Assembly (NCBI GenBank): GCA_035084275.1
Contig: CM068742.1
Coordinates: 28,396,001-28,460,000, forward strand
Direction of reading: 5' to 3'
Source of the DNA: Hydrolagus colliei
Lineage: Eukaryota
Length of the DNA: 64,000 bases
This document shows, in pieces, positions 25,504 through 38,562 of this stretch. A model generated the notes under the pieces. That model saw nothing but the letters and a program-made list of their open reading frames with translations, did no database searches and was not told the origin of the DNA. Position 1 is the first letter of the stretch. The number at the start of each line of letters is the position of its first letter. The translations under genes were made by a program, and so were the position numbers.

Positions 25504-25920
25504 GGTGTCAGCCAGGCTCAGTTGCTAGCACTTCCATCTCTGAGTCACAAAGATGTGGGCTCAAATCTCTGGGCTGACATTCCAATGCAGTGCTTGGATG
25601 GTGCTGTATTATTGGAGGCGCCATCTATCGTATGACACAATAAAGTGAGGTACCGATTACTTGTTCAGGTACATATTAAAGGTATCATGGAGGTAATTTA
25701 AAAGAGAAGAAAATTTCTCCCAATGTCCTGGCCAACAATCCCCCAAATAAAATCGATCATTCACCACATGACTATTTGTGCACAATTGTGTGGACAAATT
25801 GGCTACCATGTTTGCCTACAAATTCACAGTCACTACACTTCACAGTAGAATCCCGTGAAGCACTTTGAGACATGTTCATTACCTGATAAGGACTATACCA
25901 TTTGCAAGGATTATTATTAT
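25504..25920 (+). mobile_element. Old Deu-domain SINE, near full length
   Basis: tRNA-like head GGCTCAGTTGCTAGCAC, Deu-like TGTCCTGGCCAACA..AAATTGGCTACC, L2-type tail GCAAGG(ATT)n. Confidence 0.72.
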
Positions 25921-26188
25921 AATAAACGGAATAATTTGATGAGAATTTTTGATCAATACATATTTCCTTCCCAATATCAGACCAGAAATTTCTGTTTAAT
26001 TGCAAACAATGGAAGATGAATATTTGAAGAGATGTTATACCAAGAGTCCACATTTACTACTAAGACTCATGCACCTTCATGTAACACACCAATACTCCAT
26101 TCTTCTCAGTTTCTGTGCACTTTGGCTGCCAGCACTAACCAAACCACTTTCACACTTGTTTTTACGTCAGCCCAGAATTGGCAGAACT

Positions 26189-26615
26189 CAACAACAACAA
26201 CAACTTCGATTTATATAGCGCCCTCCATGCCGGATGGCGTCTCAGAGTGCTTCACAGTATCCCGGGACCGAGCCAGGGGCAGGGGCAGGAAGGTGACCAA
26301 AAGCTCGGTCGAAGAGAAAGGTCTTCAACTGTGACCTGAAACTGGGAAGAGAGGGGGCGAGGCGAAGTGAGTGAGGAAGGAAGTTCCAGAGCCTCGGGGC
26401 ATAGTGGCTAAAGGCACGGCCGCCGAGGGTGGAGCAGAGGACTCGGGGGACATGGAGGAGGTCTGACCCAGAGGAGCGAAGGCAGCGGGTGCTGGGTTGG
26501 GGGGAGAGGAGATCAGAGATATAGGGGGGTGCAGAGGAGTGGAGGGATTTGAAAACAAGGGTGAGGAACTTGAAGTCGATCCTCTCTGGGATAGGGAGCC
26601 AGTGAAGTCTGGCAA
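26189..26615 (-). mobile_element. L2 LINE young copy (subfamily B)
   Basis: Highly similar to 28246-28675; (CAA)n tail; AACTCA present at both junctions. Confidence 0.92.
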
Positions 26616-27549
26616 CTCAGACTTATTGGCCTCCAACAAGGGCTTCACAAGCTGAATTGGCTTTCTGGTATTTCTTTTGCCAAACTTTTAATCCATTATA
26701 TGTGAGGAAGGCAAGTTGGACGAGAAGCAAATTACAGTATTTCATGATTTTGATCACTCTTTTCTAAATATTTGCTGCCAACACCAGACAACACAAACCT
26801 GCTTCTGGAGTTAAATGCTTTAACTCCTCTGGCACATTTTCAGTGTTTGTCACTGTTCTACATCGTAAGATTTTCAGGTTCAGAGTGGAAAGCATTGTTC
26901 ATTTTATTAGAAAGGTCTCTCACACAACAGTATTTTTGTGAGTACTGTACTGTTTTCTAAACAATTGTTTTCTGAGCCTTTTTATTGCTGCACAGACTAA
27001 TCAGAAAGGCCTTTCAGTTGCTGCCACTATGCTCCAGAGTATGGAGACAATGTAAAAGCAATAGAAACTCAAAATGACCTCCAGTTTGGCACTGCATTTA
27101 CATTTAAGCTCTGAGTCTTTAGAACGCCAATGTAATAAGTGGCATAAATGAACACACTGTACCATAAACCTGCCCGTTTAAAGTCATCTAAGTGTCTAAT
27201 TACGGTAACTTTTCTTTTGCAGTAATTAATCAACCTTTCCACAATGTTCTGTCAGCCATGACCTGATAGCATCTTACTGTTGCTATAGAGACGCAAACTT
27301 AATAGGGATATTGTTCCTGTTCTCTGGGTGGTCTGTGTCTTGTGGAAATCTGAGGACAGAAACTCCAGATTTAAACCTTTCAACTTCCAGTGGGCAGAAC
27401 AGACACAAAGACAGTTTAACCACAAACATCCTACATCACATTTCCATTTTTAATTGAAGTAATATACAACTAGAAGACGTGAAAAGCGCTATATCAAATG
27501 AAGGATTATTATTATTATATTATAAGAGCTACTACTTGCACTTACATAG

Positions 27550-27815
27550 TGGAGTCCTGTAGATTAGTGATTAGAGCACTGGCCTCGCAATCGAGAAGAT
27601 CTGGGTTTGTTTCCTGGGGAGGGTCAACTTTAGGCAAATTTCCTTACTCCACATGCCCCCGTTTACCAAGCAGTATGTAGAAACCTGGTAGTTAGTTGTT
27701 TGACGGATCACTTTTCCTGGGGTATTAATTCCTTAAATAAACATAATGATTGTTTGTGGGACACTGCTGTATGCAATTGGCTGCCACATTTCATCCACAT
27801 AATATACAGTCAATT
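27550..27815 (+). mobile_element. tRNA-derived SINE, long subfamily, 3'-truncated by L2
   Basis: Standard head plus extra segment GTTTACCAAGCAGTATGTAGAAACCTG..GGATCACTT; stops at CAGTCAATTC. Confidence 0.85.
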
Positions 27816-28245
27816 CTCCATTCTCAAAATTCAATTAATTCATAACTCCACCACCCAGTCCGCTAACCCGCACAAAACTATGGACCTCCATCACACCTGC
27901 CTTTGCCAGGCTGCACTGGCTCCCAATCACTGAAAAGGTCGACTTGAAGATATTTTCCACAATTTTTAAATTGCTTTATGCCCTCACACCTCCCTACCTA
28001 TCCAATTTGCTTACCTCCCCCCACTCACTCCACTACCTGCTATTTCCACTTGGCCAGCTCCCTTGTTTGTCCCTCGCCCACCCCACTCCACTATCGGCCA
28101 CTTCATCCCGAAGCTCTGGACTTCCTTCTCTCAATCCCTCCACCTTGTTCCTTCCCGCCCCACTTTCAAATCGTACCTAAAGACCTTCCTTTTTGATTGT
28201 GCTTATGGTCACCTCCGCCTCTCACTCCTCCTAGCTCAGTGTCAG
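27816..28245 (+). mobile_element. Older L2 3' fragment (resumes 29199-29243)
   Basis: CTGCACTGGCTCCCAATC..; ORF 28063 KLWTSFSQSLHL..FKSYLKTFLFDCAYGH. Confidence 0.85.
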
Positions 28246-29198
28246 ACAACAACAACAACTTCGATTTATATAGCGTCCTCCATGCTGGATGGTGTCTCAG
28301 AGCGCTTTACTATAGCGGATCCCGGGACCGAGCTAGGGGCAGGGGCAGAAAGGTGACCAAAAGCGCAGTTGAAAAGAAAGGTCTTCAGCTGTGACCTGAA
28401 ACTGGGAAGAGAGGGGGAGAGGCGAAGGGAGTGAGGAAGGGAGTTCCAGAGCCTCGGGGCGTGGTGGCTGAAGGCACGGCCGCCGAGGGTTGAGCAGAGG
28501 ATTTGGGGGACATGGAGGAGGCCAGACCCAGAGCAGCGAAGGCAGCGGGTGCTGGGTTGGGGGGAGAGGAGATCAGAGAGATAGGGGGGTGCAGAGGAGT
28601 GGAGGGATTTAAAAACAAGGGTGAGGATCTTGAAGTCGATCCTCTCTGGGATAGGGAGCCAGTGAAATCTGGCAAGGACTGGGGTAATGGGGGAGCGAAG
28701 CTTGGAGCGGATGAGTATGCGGGCGGTAGAATTTGGGATTAGCTTGATTTTGTGGATTGTGGTGGAGGGGAGACTGGCGAGGAGGGCGTTGCAATAGTCC
28801 AGCCGAGAGGTGACAAAGGCGTGGACCAAGGTTTCAGCGGCTTTTGGGGTGAGGTATTGCCGGAGACGGGCGATCCATCGGAGGTGGTAGAAGGCAGTGC
28901 TGGTGACGGACCGGATGTGGGGGAGGAAGGACAGTTGGGGGTCGAACCTGATGCCTAGGTTGTGCACAGGTTCGGAGAGTTTTAGGGGCAGGCCGAGAAG
29001 GTGGAGGAGGTGAGAGCCATGTGAATGGAGATGTTGATGAGAGCCAAGGAGTATGGCCTCTATCTTATCAACATTCAGCTGCAAGAAATTTGCGCTCATC
29101 CAGCACCTAATGTCTGAAAGGCAGGCTGACAGAACATCAGGGGTCTGGGGGTCGCAAAGTGAAGTGGAGAAATAGAGTTGTGTGTCATCTGCGTACAT
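28246..29198 (-). mobile_element. L2 LINE (subfamily B), uninterrupted RT C-terminal ORF
   Basis: ORF 28266..29327: MYADDTQLY..WMSANFLQLN..NLGIRFD..LVHAFVTSRLDYCNALL..HWLPIPERIDFKI; 5'-truncated at the YADD motif. Confidence 0.95.
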
Positions 29199-30197
29199 CA
29201 CTGTCAAGCACTCTGGGACTCTACCCCACCCTGTTGTTGTTGTAAGTGTAAATGAGGATTTCGGATGTATTGGGGTGAGATAGGATTGAGGGGGAGGGGC
29301 ATTGTTGTGGAGTACTAATTTACACATTGTTTGAAGAATGTAGTGTACACCATTCTGATAACCTAGCCCTGTTATAGTAAGAAAATCTTTACTCTACTCT
29401 CACACTCCTCTGATTAATGGGCAGTCCTCCCATGCTATCCATAAGATGTGCTAATAGAAAGCTTTCTAATCTCCAGAGCTATAAGTGAATCTTCCAGGCT
29501 TTACTGCAACATGAAGGTAGCTAGGAGACATAAATATTCTGAGTTGAATGGTTTTATATTAAGGTGCTAATTTTATTTCAGGAATCAGGTTTTGAATTAA
29601 TTTAAGCTTCTCAATTACATTTGACTTTGAAGGTTGCATTTGTTATTGATATAAGAACAATGATGGCAGATATGCCACGGCAGCAGGATAAGAGGGCACA
29701 AGTTTGGGGCTTTGAAATGTAGTTATAAGACTGACACCAGGAAGTATTTTCTTTCACTGAAGGAAAAAGCAGCAGGAAAAGGCTGCCTAGAAGGATGATG
29801 GAAAAATACAAACATCTTTTATGTTCTTGTGATTTTGAAACTTAAAGTGTGCGTGTATACTATGATGATAATACTGTACTTTGTTGCACTTCCATGTTAG
29901 GTGGTAGGAGGGGAAGATTGGGAATCACTCTGCTGGATTAATTTGAGTGGAGTTGGCTAAGGCTGTGAAGTGGCCAATCTAGGAACAGGTGGGATGAGGA
30001 ACACTTTGTCACTATACAAGGTGTGGAGTAGGTGGCAGATGATGGGAGGGCTGACGGTTAATTGAATCTCCAACACAACGCCTTCCAATACAACAACAAC
30101 AAAATTACATTTGTATTGCACATTTCACGTCAGGAGGACGTCCCAAGGTGCTGGATAGTCAGGGATTCAAAATAGGCAGGAGCAATGCTCTCCCAAT

Positions 30198-30443
30198 CGA
30201 AACATTGGGCAAGTTTCCTTACTCCACATGCCTAATAATAATCCCTCCCCCAAAAAAACACAAAAATAAAAATTGGTCATTTCAATCCACGATTGTTTGT
30301 GGGAACACTGCTGTACGCAATTGGTTGCTGTGTTTTGCCCACAAAATATACAGTCAATTCACTTTTCAGTATATTCTGGGAAGCACTTTGAGACGTCAAT
30401 AAGATGTGAAAAGCGCTTTATCAAATGCAAGGATTATTATTAT
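30198..30443 (+). mobile_element. SINE lacking head
   Basis: TTGGGCAAGTTTCCTTACTCCACATGCC..TCAAATGCAAGG(ATT)n. Confidence 0.9.
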
Positions 30444-31849
30444 ATCATATATTTTGTGGGTGTCCTCTTACACATGTTTTACATCAATGGCCAACTATAC
30501 AGTTTTAGCTGGTTAGATGCCAGCAGTACCCAAACACACTCTTTGGGATCCCCAAACCTTGGATATTGCCAACCTGTGTCTTATACTTTTCAGAATTCGG
30601 TAAGCATGATGTGTACCTCCATGGAGAGAGTCCATATTCTATTCCAACAATCTATTTCTGAAATATCCATGTGTCTCCATGACCAAAAAATAGGTTTTCG
30701 TGATCTGTTGGCGTTGGGCCTAATTAAGTTGATTTACATATTTGTTCACCAACGGCTGTCATGTATTGATTCCTTTATAACACCTCCATGCCCTCTAGGG
30801 TATCATGTGGTTAAACACAAAGATCAAAGATTTTAAAAGGAAGACTTCAACCCTGTGTGTTTTCAAACAGAAGAGATGGTAAACAACAAACAGTGAGCAT
30901 GCTTTGTATCTCAGGAGAGTGAATCTCAAATGAGAACATTTTTCTTCTATTGTTTGCACGTTTTTTCTTGCTCTTGGAGCATCCATAATTTTTATAGACT
31001 GGGCAGGAGTTATTTTTTTTTCCTTTTTACACTATTCCTGGCAAGATATGGCATTCAGAGAGTAAAATTCAGAGAGTTAAATATCATTTGTGACCCTTAA
31101 GAAAAGAAAATCCACTTAGTTTTATCTATCCAAATTGCTCTTTATCAAAGGCATTGGAAAGAAAGACTAAAAGAAGATTAACAGATGGAACCAGAGCATT
31201 ATTAATGGTTCATATTCTCTATACTATGCATCCATTTGATTAAAATGTGCTGCTATCTTTATACTAGCATACCATGTGTTTATCTGGTAAACTACCACAG
31301 GAATGGTAGATAATAAATACATTGTAATCTATCACCCAAAGTATTTGGCTATTTCCTAGCTATTACATGATCCCACCTAACACCTTGGCATTAAGGTTTG
31401 AATGAGGATAAGAGCATTTTTATTGCCTATTGGATTTATCTTTGAAATATATGTAAAGCAAGAACTGGGGTGCCTGAGCAATGGTGGCCAACATGTGGTC
31501 AGTAGGCTGCCAAGAATCCATATCAGGTTGGATGACAAGTGCCATGCTGCTCAGTTACTGTTCCCTTTGCACTCCGCCTGCTTTTTATTGGTTAACTAAC
31601 ACTTCAGCACAAACACTTAACATTTAAGTGGAAAGCTTGGATTTACCCAAGTGGTAATCTTTACAGTTTAAACAATTCACTTGAAGCACTTTGAGACATC
31701 TCAATGACATGATAAGGCGATGTATCAAATGCAAGGATTATTATTATTAATTTCTGTGAACAGACATGTAACTTGTCTGCCCTTAATTTTCCTTTTTTTA
31801 AATAAAAGTGTACTAAATGTATTTAACAAAATGTATTTTACTCTATTAG

Positions 31850-31981
31850 GTCTTCAGCACATGGGCTTTATATAACTAATGCTTAGGGGTCTGTTGTCTA
31901 CCTTATTGTGAACAGCAACAAACAAGCACACTGTGCAATATCTGCAGTGTTTGCTGGTTCTCAGCCTTGCCCAGTGAACAG
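31850..31981 (+). other. Candidate non-coding exon
   Basis: Branch-like TACTAAA at 31811, acceptor TTTTACTCTATTAG, donor CAG|GTAAGT; stops in all three frames. Confidence 0.3.
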
Positions 31982-33249
31982 GTAAGTCATTGTTAGTTTT
32001 TATTTTCATTGGCCACGGTTGGATGATTCAGACAATCATGTTGTAGGGATTGTTTATGCTACGCTTCAGTAACTGGAAAGCATTTATCCCAGGAACAGTG
32101 TGACCTCCTGCTTCAATGATTATCTAACCCACATGCTTCAGTGGGTACAGACACAGATGAGAAATCACTCTGCCTGTCTTATTTTGTATGAGTGTGTTTT
32201 TAAGAAAAATCAATAATATTCAGTGGACCAAGAAAGATACAGTGCTATAAAAGCCCCTGATGTTTTCCCCCAATGCAAAACAAAACAACCCCTTCTGAAA
32301 ATAGCACGTCAGCCTCTCCATTATTTGCGTTTGAGTAATATTATTTATATTTTGCAATCTGTTCCTCATTGTAATATCAAATTATCACAATACCTTAGAT
32401 ACAACTAGAGGCAAATGGTATTGCATGTAAATGCTCCACCCAGAATGCACACTTGTTATCCCTGGGAGTTTGGAAAAATAATTTAAGAAAAAATGATAAC
32501 CCATTCTGACTGTTCCCCATTTTTACGAAAAATATTGTCAGGTAAAGTGATTGCAAATGTAATGGCACTCGAACTCAGTGAATGCATATTTTGTTTTGAT
32601 GTAGATTTGCAATGATAAACTCTGGTATCTTTTCTAGATAGTCATGCTTGATAATTAATGAATTATGTTAATTGTTAATATTATTTATTAATAATATTAA
32701 TTATTAATTAATAATAATAAGTCTCTACTTGACTACTTGACTATGGATGAGTCACAGCAAAGTCAAATAGGTTTTTCACATGAATTATACACATACAGTA
32801 CATGTCTCTGCACATATCAAGCAAGAATCCAGGCTAATATTTCCTGCCTCTGATCCAAAGGTTCTGAGACCAATTAAGTACCTCTTCCACCACCCTGGTC
32901 TGAGATTCACTAACTCAGCAAAGACTAGGAATCGAACTTGGGACCATCTTTCATTTTGAAGCTCAGTATCTTACTTATCACTGAACACCATAGTCAAAGA
33001 ATTGAGCAATGTGGTGTTAGAGAACTGTGGAAGGGGGGTGGTGGTTGGGGGAGCATTGGTTTGTTGGACCAATCATCTTTTTCTTTTCTAGGTATTCCTA
33101 TCTTTTCAACTACACTTTTAAAAAACCCCCTCTATTTCTGCTTTATTACAGTTTTGATTTTACTAAGGCTCACCTGCAACAGGTTATTACTTGCTATACA
33201 AATGTCATTTTGTTGTTATTGTTTGAATATTTCACGATTTCCGCTCCTC

Positions 33250-33568
33250 ATAATAATAATAAATAATTCTTGCATTTGATAAAGCGCTTTTCTTCTAGAC
33301 ATCTCAAAGCGCTTCATAGAATATACTGTAAAGTGAATTCACTATATATTTGTGGGTGGAATGCAGTAGCCAAATGGGCACAGCAGCATCCCCACAAACA
33401 GTCGTGGAATGAAATGACAAATGTTATTATTGTGTTTTTTGGAGGGATTATTATTAGGCGTGAGGAGTAAGGAAACTTGCCCAAGGTTTCGCCCTGACCT
33501 GCTTGGATTCGAACACAGGTATCATGCTTGTAAGGCGAGTGCTCTAACCACTGAGCTACAGGACTCCA
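33250..33568 (-). mobile_element. tRNA-derived SINE, full length
   Basis: GGATTCGAAC (B box, reverse) ..CCACTGAGCTACAGGACTCCA. Confidence 0.93.
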
Positions 33569-34585
33569 CAAGATTACACAGGTTACAGAGAAGGAATTGA
33601 CAATTTGTATGACAGGCCCTCAATATGTGTGGTACTGACCTTAACCTTGACTTTTGTAGGGAGTGGGGGTGGGGTGGGGGGGGGGGGAGAGGGGAATTAT
33701 TATTATTTCATGCTAATTAGAATACCACATCCTGCTCATCTTCTTTCATAATGCTGTCTTTGCTTTGATTCAAGAATATTACAGCACCATTTTGGAATCT
33801 CAGATGCCAAGGCCAAGGTAAGAAGTACTAAGCTGGAGGCAGATTTTGAGTCCAGCAGAAGAGGATATTGGTTTAATTTAGTCCAAACTCTTTTTGCACT
33901 CAAATGCCAATATTTGACTTTGGGACAGCAATCTAGCATTGCGATTCCCAGAAACTGTACACTGTGCCAAGAACACCATAAAATGAGAGTAATTTCATAA
34001 CATTTCCTAATGAAATGCAGCCAATGTCATCCGACTGTGGCATTGCTCTCCTCGTAATGCTGCGATTTGATGTATCATTAGTCAGTTCCCATTTTTTATA
34101 CTCAATTAACCACAACTATAGAAGTCGGTACCTGCTGACTAAAACACCAGTTAGGAGAATCAGGGGGTGGGACTGACCAGCAACTGGCTTAGGTCAAATG
34201 TGAAAATGCATAAAGTGCCTCCAGTGATAGAACTATAGTACTTACAAGTGTACAGTACCTACATTCTCAGAAAAATCTCATACCCCATTGGAAGAAAATC
34301 TGAGGTCAGTAAATGCTTCTCACAATGAATATTAGAAATGTTGTTCCGATATTGCAGATGTTTAGTTTTTTTTTGTGTGTGAATTTCATTCCTCCCATTT
34401 CTTGGCTCTCAAAACACTTCCTGTTCCAGGTCACTGGAGCTATCTGCTTTCTGCTTCTTCACTTTAACTGACAGCAGGTTTCTATCTCCAGTGACTTTGA
34501 GGCTCTGACTCTGAATTATTTTAGTTGAATGAAGTCAATTGGAGATGCTTTACTGCAAGCTTTTCTGTATCTGTGTTAAAAACAG

Positions 34586-34835
34586 AACTTGCATTTTTGG
34601 ACAACTTACCACTTCAAAAGATCTCAAAGTGCTTCTTGGTGATTACTGTCCAATGTGGTGACTCAGTGACTATTTGTAGACAAACACCAGAGGAGCTATT
34701 TTGCATTGATTAATTTGGCAGATTGTTGGACAACTCAGAAAATTCCTGTTCTTTTCAAGTAGTGTCATGGGATCGTTAATGTTCACCTGAAAAGGCAGAC
34801 AGTACATTAGTTTTAAAGTCTCATCCGTTAAAGAA
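34586..34835 (-). mobile_element. Old Deu-domain SINE fragment
   Basis: TAGTGTCATGGGATCGTTAATGTTCACCTGA..GTCTCATCCG, reverse Deu motif. Confidence 0.65.
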
Positions 34836-34999
34836 GGTAAACCAAGATCTGACAGATGAAATTGACCTTCCTTAAAATCCTTCACAATACGATTTAACAA
34901 CCAGCACAGAGATACAGCAAAATGCCTTTCGGTATTTTTCCATATCAGTGCTTGCATTCTCCATTGTAAAATCCCAGAGGTTCCTAAGTATGAAACAGT

Positions 35000-35640
35000 T
35001 GACAGTGTAATAGTGGCACAGTGCATTCCTACTCCCTTGTGACAGGACATGGCTTTGAGGGGTACATTGGCTGAGTTGACAACTTGCACTGTGCCACCAC
35101 ATTGGACAGATGCTCCTTATCCTCCTGGGGGGAGGCATATCTTTGGGATACATTGCCTGCGAGATAACATGCCTGACAATGGAATACTGGAACCCTCTCT
35201 AATGGTCGTGCAATCCAGTTCCTGAGCCAGACAAGTCGACAAGACTCCAAATTGATAAATGAACATGGCAGATTGGCTCATTAGCAGGACTTGGAGGAAT
35301 GTATCAGTCATCGGGTCAGGGATTGTACTCAGCTCCTGATACCATGCAAGCAAAACTCTAATGGATAGGTTGATTTTAATTGGATAAGCAATGGTAACTT
35401 GCCAATGTGTAGAAGCGTGGTATACCTGCTTAAACTTTTTAATACCCCAATGTGCATTATCGGGTCCTCAAGCCTCTACTCTTGCCAACCTGTGTTTAAA
35501 TTCTCAAGGATTAAATAAACCGAATGCATCCCTCCGCAATCCATACCAGACACATGATTAGTGAAACCACATATTTATGTAACCTCCAGTAGTTTGGTTT
35601 GGAGACTCAGATGGGTTCATCCAGCTGAACAAAATACATC
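35000..35640. repeat. Unclassified old interspersed repeat (also ~100-260, 430-495, 30518-30675, 39800-40215, 45186-45427)
   Basis: Shared blocks such as AAACTCTA.TGGATAG.T..TTGGATAAGCA.TG..AACTTGCCA (35353 and 40075) and TTGCCAACCTGTGT (30566 and 35482). Confidence 0.65.
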
Positions 35641-37434
35641 CTTGCCCAGAGAGGGGGAATACCAGATTCATCCACATTCAAGTAACGTTGTCATGCTTTG
35701 GTTTTAGTAGGGGAGTCTAGGATAGAATGAATATCCAGTTATTCATCACTTGTCATTGTAAACAATTAGTCATCCATCAACTAGACAAAGGCAGCAGTCA
35801 ATGCATTTGGAATAACACAATTTGCAGCTATTTCATGTGAATAGATTTTTTTTTCTGTCGTCTCTCCCAATAATGTAAATAGAAACCATTAATGCAATGT
35901 GTCACCCACTAAACCCTATTAATTAGTGAGATATTGGTTGCACCTTCCTCAGTAAGTACTGTAATCCAGTCTATCATATGGTTCAGTGCCAATGGAAATA
36001 CATCTGTGGGTAGAAATTCCTCCTGGATCTAGATCTACACTATGCTTTACCGTCTTTTTTTGTTCATCTACCAAACACAGAGTCACTCCACCTTACAGTG
36101 TATCCTGTGAAGCAGTTTGTGACATCTTCCCGAAGTAGAAGGTACTACACCAAATAAAATGCTTATTATTATTATTATTGTAGGACATTGCTGTGTGGAA
36201 ATTGGCTGCCACATTTGGTTGCAAAGCTTAAATTCAAAGTTAAAACTGAATTCAACAATTTGGCATCTTCTGCACAATCTTAAATGCTATATTAATAGAA
36301 TAGATCAACACCCAGATGGAATTTCTACCCACAAAAGCATTTGGAATCGCTGGTGGGTGAAAATGGTAAGACGTTATGATGCACCAGATTGTAATGTGAG
36401 TCACTTGATTTAAAACCTTACACATGATTTAGTTTTACTAAGGTTAAGATAAACTCGAGCAAAAGTGACAGAATTTTTATGTGTACCATACATAAGAGGT
36501 ACAGTTCTAATATTAGTCTCAGGTAACACTCAGAGAGGAATGTTGGGGAGCTCTATGCTGTTCCATTTGCTATTAAGTTTGAGTAGTCAGGTTATATTGT
36601 ACTATGATTTAGAGATGGGAAAACAGAATAACTCAATTGCCTTGCCAATGAGTTTATCTCAGCTTTAATTTTTCACATTTTTCAATTCTCATTTATACTA
36701 CTGCTATTTTCAAGCTCTGTGCCTTTTTGTAGTTCTTCCCTACTCTGTTATCAAACACTTTCAATTATCTTTGCATTCACTTCCTCTGGTCAACATTCCA
36801 CTAGAAAAACATATATAATTTGATAAAACATTTCAACTTTGAAGCAGGCCATTCAACCCAAATAGTCTGTATTGGTGCTTGTGTTCCACATGAAGCTTCC
36901 CCCAATCCCTTCTCCAATATCCTCTATTTCCTTCTTCCTCCAATAAAAAAATACATTAGCTTAATGGAAAGTATCATATAGAAAGTGGTTTCAAATATTG
37001 TTCTGATCAATCCAACACAAATGTCCTGAAAAAAATGACTAAATAATATTTCCTCTGCTCAGCACTGACATTCCATTCTTTATTATAAAATGTACATGAA
37101 ATAAAATTAATTCACTGTGACTCCCTTTCTGACAAATAAATTTTCTGGGTCATTTCCATGCCTAGTGCACAGTAGGAGGTCATTTTGGTTCATATATTCC
37201 CATCATTGGTATGAAGAGTTTTAAACACTTCTGAGGGTTGTGCCGGTGACTGACAATTCAAAATGAATGGCAATCTGTATGGAGACTATTAAGAGAAAGG
37301 AATGATCTCATGTGATTGAGAGTGAGTAGCAGTGAAGGAGACACTAATAATTCTACATGAAGTTAAAAATCACAGCAAAGAAGGTGGCTATACAGCCCAT
37401 GAAAGCATCAGTATTAGTTCCTGAAACTTGCTGG

Positions 37435-37593
37435 TAAAAATAATAATTTGGTCCCTCAATCCATGGTTATGGTGCTTTGCTGTGCCCAATTGGCCTGCTG
37501 CATTTTGCCCATAAAATATACAGTCAATTCACTTTCATATATATTCTGGGAAGTACTTTGAGATGTCTCAATTATATCAAATGCAAGGATTAT
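37435..37593 (+). mobile_element. SINE 3' half
   Basis: AAAATATACAGTCAATTCACTT..TATATCAAATGCAAGGATTATT. Confidence 0.82.
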
Positions 37594-38562
37594 TGTGGAT
37601 GGGAAATGCGGATGGTGTTTTTGTTCACTCTCCCAGTTTAACCAATGCCAGCTGAGCCTTCAGTCAATCACCCAACCTCTGGAACCCTTCCTTAATCATT
37701 TTGCCTTCCTATCTGACTCACTGATTTTTTTTGAAAATTTGTTCAACAGTGCTTTGGTCATTTGTAAATGTCTCCAACTTCTTGCCTGGTACCCACGACT
37801 CCCATTGTTAAGTACTTAGAGATGTTCTTTGACACTAGGTGCAGTGTAACTGAGAGTTGTAATGTCCGGTCCCACCATCCTTCACCTTAAAATTACAACA
37901 ACAACAACACCTTAAACTTGTACTTATATAGCGCCCTCCACACTGGAGGCGTCCGGTGAGCACTTCAAGATGTGGTACAGTCCCCTGATGGAGCAGTAGG
38001 TTCATTGCAGGACTGGGAATGCATTAATGTGTGAGATGACAGCCAATCATTTCAATGGTTCAAAGACACAACTTGGTTAGAAGAAACTATATGACATTAT
38101 CCTGTGCTCCACTTTGTACTAGTATTATCATCAGTTTTATTTTTGGGGGAGGGGGGTGGGGGGGGTGGGGGGTTGTTGGGTGTAGAGAGGTGGGGAACAG
38201 AGTCATATTTATGTGACATTATTACGGCCTAAAGTACAGAAAGTGATTGTCATTATTTGCTTCATGGTTATTTGTGGGATGTTGGTTGCTGTATTTGCCT
38301 ACAGTCCTGCAGCTATTACACATTACAGTGAATTGATGGCATGATAATATGTATATCAAATGCATGCAGGAATGTTTATTTTAAGTAATTATTAGTGATC
38401 AATAAGAGTGCCAACATTTAGAAATATCTTCACACCAACCAGAACTCTATTCCCTTGTTCCATAATAAGTATCTCATGAAGGGTTCGGTCACCTGGAGAT
38501 CTCTTTTGGCTCCGTCAATAATGGTAGTGATACAATAATTCGCATTTAGGTATATGAATAAG

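Noticed and set aside
28266-29327. 353-aa ORF (and the 425-aa ORF 53255..54532) as host genes
   Set aside because: They are 5'-truncated L2 RT fragments; the N-terminal extensions are flanking DNA read in frame by chance.
30273-30836. 187-aa ORF and other short ORFs sharing LGKFPYST or KCKDYYYY peptides
   Set aside because: Translations of SINE copies, not a protein family.
32650-32720. AT-rich palindrome; also short tandem duplications at ~16161, 56464 and 63091
   Set aside because: Low-complexity or ordinary slippage products with no sign of function.
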